Assembly (NCBI GenBank): GCA_963794535.1
Contig: CAWCEI010000007.1
Span: 27,182 to 91,181, forward strand
DNA: 64,000 bases
Reading direction: 5' to 3'
Source of the DNA: an uncultured Actinomycetota bacterium
GTDB lineage: Bacteria; Actinomycetota; Actinomycetes; Actinomycetales; CAVURS01
Under the pieces are notes generated by a model that saw nothing but the letters and a program-made list of their open reading frames with translations, was not told the origin of the DNA and made no database searches. Positions within the stretch are counted from its first letter, which is position 1. Each line of letters opens with the position of its first letter. Below are positions 60,150 to 64,000 of the stretch, piece after piece. The translations under genes were made by a program, and so were the position numbers.

Positions 60150-60797
60150 TCAGCGCCAGGAGACGCCGGCGCTCGTGATCGTGAGGGCGGCCAGGCTGGG
60201 CAGGCTGGCCACGGCGTCGCCGAACTCGGCGTCCGGATAGGTCGTCAGCAGCCCGATCGGCACGCCGCCGGCCCCGCGGATCGACGCGAGACCGGCCGCC
60301 GTGTCGTCCACGCCGACGCAGTACGCCGGGTCGACGCCGAGCCGCGTCGCGCCCAGCCGATAGGGCTCCGGGTCGGGCTTGCCGCGCACGACGTCGTCCG
60401 CGCTCACCAGGACCTCGGGGATCGGCAGCCCGGCCCGGGCCAGCCGGATCCGCGCCGTCTGCGTCGTCGCCGAGGTCACGACCGCGACCGGCAGCAGGGT
60501 CTGGCTCAGCGCGGCGAGGGCGCCCGGCAGCGCGACCTCCTCGGCCGGCTCGAGGACCAGGCCCTCGACCCAGTCCGCTTCTGCCGCAACCTGATCCGCC
60601 GGCACGAAGTGCGCGACGACCTCGCGGCTCGGCGACCCGTGCCCGTACTTCATGATCTCGGCCAGCGGCACGCCACGGCGCTCGGCCCAGCGGCCCCAGT
60701 GCTCCTCGACCGCACCGGTCGAGTCGACCAGCACCCCGTCCATGTCCAGCAGCAACGCCCGGGCAGCGACCTGACCCACGATGTCCGGCGCGGTCAC
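60150..60797 (-). CDS. HAD-IA family hydrolase (phosphatase/phosphomutase-like)
   Basis: The GTG start overlaps the glpD stop (GTGA at 60794-60797). HAD motifs: LLLDMDGVLVDS (motif I), VVTSAT (II) and GKPDPEPY..VGVDDTAAGLASIRGAG (III/IV). It is intact, but in the ORF track it appears fused to glpD (ORF 60150-62504). Confidence 0.8.
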   Translation of the reverse strand: MTAPDIVGQVAARALLLDMDGVLVDSTGAVEEHWGRWAERRGVPLAEIMKYGHGSPSREVVAHFVPADQVAAEADWVEGLVLEPAEEVALPGALAALSQTLLPVAVVTSATTQTARIRLARAGLPIPEVLVSADDVVRGKPDPEPYRLGATRLGVDPAYCVGVDDTAAGLASIRGAGGVPIGLLTTYPDAEFGDAVASLPSLAALTITSAGVSWR

Positions 60798-62504
60798 GCC
60801 AGCGGGACGATCTCGGGCGCCCCGAGCCGGGCACTGTCGGCGGTCTCGTCGTCCGGCTGCTCCTGGGAGAGCCGCTCGGCCTCGACCCGCGCCAGGTAGT
60901 GCTCGACCTCCTTGTCCCGCTGCTCCGCGCTCCAGCCCAGCACGCCGGCCATCAGGTCCGCGGCCACGGGCGCGGCGCCGACGCCGCGGTCCCACGACTC
61001 GATCGAGATCCGGGTCCGCCGGGTCAGCACGTCGTCGAGGTGCCGGGCGCCCTCGTGGGTGCAGGCGTAGACGACCTCGGCCGCGATGTAGTCGTCGGCC
61101 CCGGGCATCGGCGAGCCCAGCGCCGGGTCGTCCTCGATCAGCTCGAGCACCTCGGGAGCCAGCGAGCCGTAGCGGTGCAGCAGGTGCTCGACCCGGGCGA
61201 CGTGGACGCCGTACCGGGTCGCCGTGCGCTGCCGCGAGTTCCACGCCGCGTCGTAGCCGTCGGCCCCCAGCAACGGTGTCCGGTCCGTGCACGACGCCGG
61301 CACCCGGCCGTCCAGCGCGCGAGCCACCTCGTCGACGGCGTCGGACGCCATGACCCGGTAGGTCGTGTACTTGCCCCCCGCCACGACGACGAGCCCGGGC
61401 ACCGGGTGCCCGACGACGTGCTCGCGGGACAGCTTGGACGTCGACTCGGACTCGCCGGCCAGCAGCGGTCGCAGCCCGGCATAGACGCCCTTCGACGTCC
61501 TCGTGCGTCAGCGGCCGCGCGAGCACCCGATTCACTTGGGAGAGTAGGTAGTCGATGTCCTGCGAGCTCGCCGCCGGATGGGCCTTGTCGAGCCGCCAGT
61601 CCGTGTCCGTGGTGCCGATGATCCAGTGCCGGCCCCACGGGATGACGAACAGCACCGACTTCTCGGTCCGCAGGATGATGCCGGTCGAGCTCTGCACCCG
61701 GTCGCGCGGCACGACCAGGTGGATGCCCTTGCTGGCCCGCACCTGGAACTGCCCGCGCTCCCCCACCATCGCCTGGGTGTCGTCGGTCCAGACCCCCGTC
61801 GCGTTGAGCACCTGCTTGGCCCGGACGTCGAAGACCTGGCCGCTCTCCAGATCCCGCACCTGTACGCCGGTGACCCGCTCGCCCTGCCGCAGGAACCCCA
61901 CGACCCGAGCGCGGTTGGCGACCAGGGCGCCGTACGCCGCGGCCGTGCGCACCAGCGTCAGCGTGTGCCGGGCGTCGTCGACCTGCGCGTCGTAGTACTG
62001 CACCGCGCCGACGAGGGAGTCGCCGCGCAGCCCGGGCGCGAGCCGCAGGGCGTGCCGCTTGGACAGGTGCTTGTGCCACGGCAGCCCGCGCGAGCCCGGC
62101 GCGGCGGAGGCCATCGTGTCGTAGAGCATCAGCCCGGCGCCGACGTAGGGCCGCTCCCAGACCCGGTGGTTCAGCGGGTAGAGGAACGGCACCGGCCGCA
62201 CCAGGTGCGGCGCCAGCCGTTGCAGCAGTAGGCCGCGCTCGTGCAGCGCCTCGCGCACCAGCCCGAAGTCGAGCATCTCCAGGTAGCGCAGCCCGCCGTG
62301 GATCAGCTTGCTCGACCGGCTCGACGTGCCGCTGGCCCAGTCCCGCGCCTCGACCAGGCCGACCCGCAGCCCGCGGGTGGCCGCGTCCAGCGCCGCGCCG
62401 GCACCGACGACCCCGCCGCCGATGACGACGACGTCGAGCTCATCCTCGACCAGGCCGGCCAGGGCCTCGGTGCGGGCGGCTGGGGACAGCTCGCCGTGGT
62501 CCAT
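60794..62504 (-). pseudogene. glpD: FAD-dependent glycerol-3-phosphate dehydrogenase, 1 frameshift
   Basis: The N-terminal 339 aa are in ORF 60150-62504 (DVVVIGGGVVGAGAALDAATRGLRVGLVE..SSRSSKLIHGGLRYLE..). The C-terminal 200 aa are in ORF 60794-61402. Removing one base from the CCC run at 61488-61490 gives ..HEDVEGVYAGLRPLLAGES..VVVAGGKYTTYR... Confidence 0.9.
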
Positions 62505-62548
62505 GAATCCGGTTCAGCTCCAAGCGGTTTCCGGGGTGAGGCACGCGG

Positions 62549-63670
62549 TCAGTCCGGCGGGGTCGGCGCGACGACGACCTCGACCCGCTGGAACTCCTTG
62601 ACGTCGGAGTATCCCGTCGTCGCCATCGCCCGGCGCAGGGCACCGACCAGGTTGGTCATGCCGTCGGCCGCGCGGCCCGGACCGCCGAGGATCTCGGTCA
62701 GCGGCGCGACCGTGCCGACCCGCACCCGGTCGCCGCGCGGCAGCTGCGGATGGTGCGCCTCGGGCCCCCAGTGCCAGCCGCGGCCCGGCGCCTCGACCGA
62801 ACGGGCCAGGACGGCGCCCAGCATGACGGCGTCGGCGCCGCAGGCGATGGCCTTGACCAGGTCGCCCGACGTCCCCATCCCGCCGTCCGCGATGACGTGG
62901 ACGTAGCGGCCGCCGCTCTCGTCGAGATAGTCGCGCCGCGCCGCTGCCACGTCGGCGACGGCCGAGGCCATCGGCACGTGGATGCCCAGCGTCGTCCGCG
63001 TCGTGTGCGCGGCGCCGCCGCCGAAGCCGACCAGCACCCCAGCCGCGCCGGTGCGCATCAGGTGCAGGGCAGCGGTGTACGTCGCGCAGCCGCCGACGAT
63101 CACCGGGACGTCGAGCTCGTAGATGAACCGCTTGAGGTTGAGCGGCTCGGCCCGCCCGGACACGTGCTCGGCCGACACCGTCGTGCCGCGGATGACGAAC
63201 AGGTCGCAGCCGGAGTCGACGACGACCCGCCACAGCTCCTGGGTCCGTTGCGGCGTCAGCGCGCCGGCGACCGTGACCCCCGCGTCGCGAATCTCCTTGA
63301 GCCGGGCCGAAACCAGCTCCGGCTTGATCGGCTCGGCGTAGATCTCCTGCATCCGCGGCGTCGCCGTCGCCGCATCGAGCCCGGCGATCTCGGCGAGCAG
63401 CGGCTCCGGGTCGTCGTACCGGGTCCACAGACCCTCGAGATCCAGGACGCCCAGCCCGCCGAGCTGGCCGAACGCGATGGCCGTCGACGGCGACATCACG
63501 CTGTCCATCGGGGCGGCCATGACGGGCAGCTCGAACCGGTAGGCGTCGATCTGCCAGGCGACCGAGACCTCCTCGGGGTCGCGGGTGCGACGCGACGGCA
63601 CGACCGCCACGTCGTCGAACGCGTAGGCCCGGCGGCCGCGCTTGCCCCGGCCGATCTCGATCTCGGTCAC
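62549..63670 (-). CDS. guaB3: GuaB3-type IMP-dehydrogenase-related protein (no CBS insert)
   Basis: Intact 373-aa ORF: EIGRGKRGRRAYAFDDVAVVPSRRTRDPEEVSVAWQIDAYRFELPVMAAPMDSV.., VIADGGMGTSGDLVKAIACGADAVMLG. From memory, it matches mycobacterial GuaB3 closely. Confidence 0.85.
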   Translation of the reverse strand: MTEIEIGRGKRGRRAYAFDDVAVVPSRRTRDPEEVSVAWQIDAYRFELPVMAAPMDSVMSPSTAIAFGQLGGLGVLDLEGLWTRYDDPEPLLAEIAGLDAATATPRMQEIYAEPIKPELVSARLKEIRDAGVTVAGALTPQRTQELWRVVVDSGCDLFVIRGTTVSAEHVSGRAEPLNLKRFIYELDVPVIVGGCATYTAALHLMRTGAAGVLVGFGGGAAHTTRTTLGIHVPMASAVADVAAARRDYLDESGGRYVHVIADGGMGTSGDLVKAIACGADAVMLGAVLARSVEAPGRGWHWGPEAHHPQLPRGDRVRVGTVAPLTEILGGPGRAADGMTNLVGALRRAMATTGYSDVKEFQRVEVVVAPTPPD

Positions 63671-63782
63671 CGCGAAACCCTATCCGTCCCTTCGCCGCCG
63701 ATCCGGGTCGCACCCGTTGACACACTTATGAGTAGCACATACGGTCACAAACCAGACGTCCGCGCACAGCACAGGGGGCACT

Positions 63783-64000
63783 ATGAAACCTGACCGACGG
63801 TTCGCTTTCGCGATCCTGACTGTCGTTGCGTTTTTCGCCGGCATGTCGTCCGCAGCCGCGGGCCCGGTGAGTGCTGGGGAATCACGCGGGTGCCCGTACT
63901 CCGACATCGGTTCCCCAGGGACCAAGACCCCGGGCTTCAAGGGCACCAGCGTGTACAGCTACGAGGTTGCCGGTCCGGGGGTGATCAACTACACCGTCAC
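63783..64000 (+). CDS. Secreted protein, 5' partial (runs off the window)
   Basis: From ATG 63783: MKPDRRFAFAILTVVAFFAGMSSAAAGPVSAGE.. (signal peptide). The frame stays open to the end of the window, and the ORF is absent from the track because no stop is reached. Confidence 0.45.
   Translation, partial: MKPDRRFAFAILTVVAFFAGMSSAAAGPVSAGESRGCPYSDIGSPGTKTPGFKGTSVYSYEVAGPGVINYTV

Noticed and set aside
15600-62000. Genuine reductive evolution / massive pseudogenisation (a leprae-like genome).
   Set aside because: The affected genes include folD, purH, purN, guaA, sucD, icd and pcrA. I found no in-frame stops in the frameshifted genes or deletions accompanying the frame changes. The fragments remain highly conserved at motif level, and the resolvable events are single extra bases in G/C runs. 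An artefact is more parsimonious, but this cannot be proven from the sequence alone.

Overview
This is a very GC-rich actinobacterial chromosomal segment with core-genome character. I found no rRNA, tRNA, CRISPR array, transposase or integrase.

About 60 protein genes are present:
- Central and nucleotide metabolism: galK, icd, mdh, sucCD, folD, purN, purH, guaA, a GuaB3-like gene and glpD.
- Helicases: pcrA and a RecQ-like gene with a PRTase-like C-terminus.
- Signalling: a translationally coupled GGDEF/EAL pair and two LuxR-type two-component systems. One of these has a PspC-domain kinase next to a divergent PspC/LiaF-like gene.
- Surface and transport: two tandem LAxTG adhesin paralogues, two MFS transporters, an ABC exporter pair and an aquaporin.
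- Other clusters: a divergent GT4/PIG-L/NUDIX/nucleotidyltransferase cluster, an ALDH-GMC-SDR operon, and several membrane proteins of unknown function.

From memory, the order pcrA, M23 peptidase, sucCD, PerM-like, purN, purH resembles M. tuberculosis Rv0949-Rv0957.

The dominant technical feature is frameshifting. From about 15.6 kb onward most genes, including essential ones, are split over two or three reading frames. Wherever I could pin down the event, it is one extra base in a short G/C run. As a result, many long ORFs in the six-frame track are chimeras or run-ons.

I report reconstructed gene spans. The type 'pseudogene' here means 'disrupted as given'; an assembly artefact is the most likely cause.

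Non-coding highlights:
- three near-identical 40-bp palindromes with compensatory arm changes;
- a 109-nt nested palindrome;
- a 17-mer repeat array upstream of sucCD;
- an AT-rich perfect inverted repeat in front of an ArsR-MFS operon.

I cannot demonstrate a clearly novel multi-gene system. Candidates are listed in the findings with their limits.
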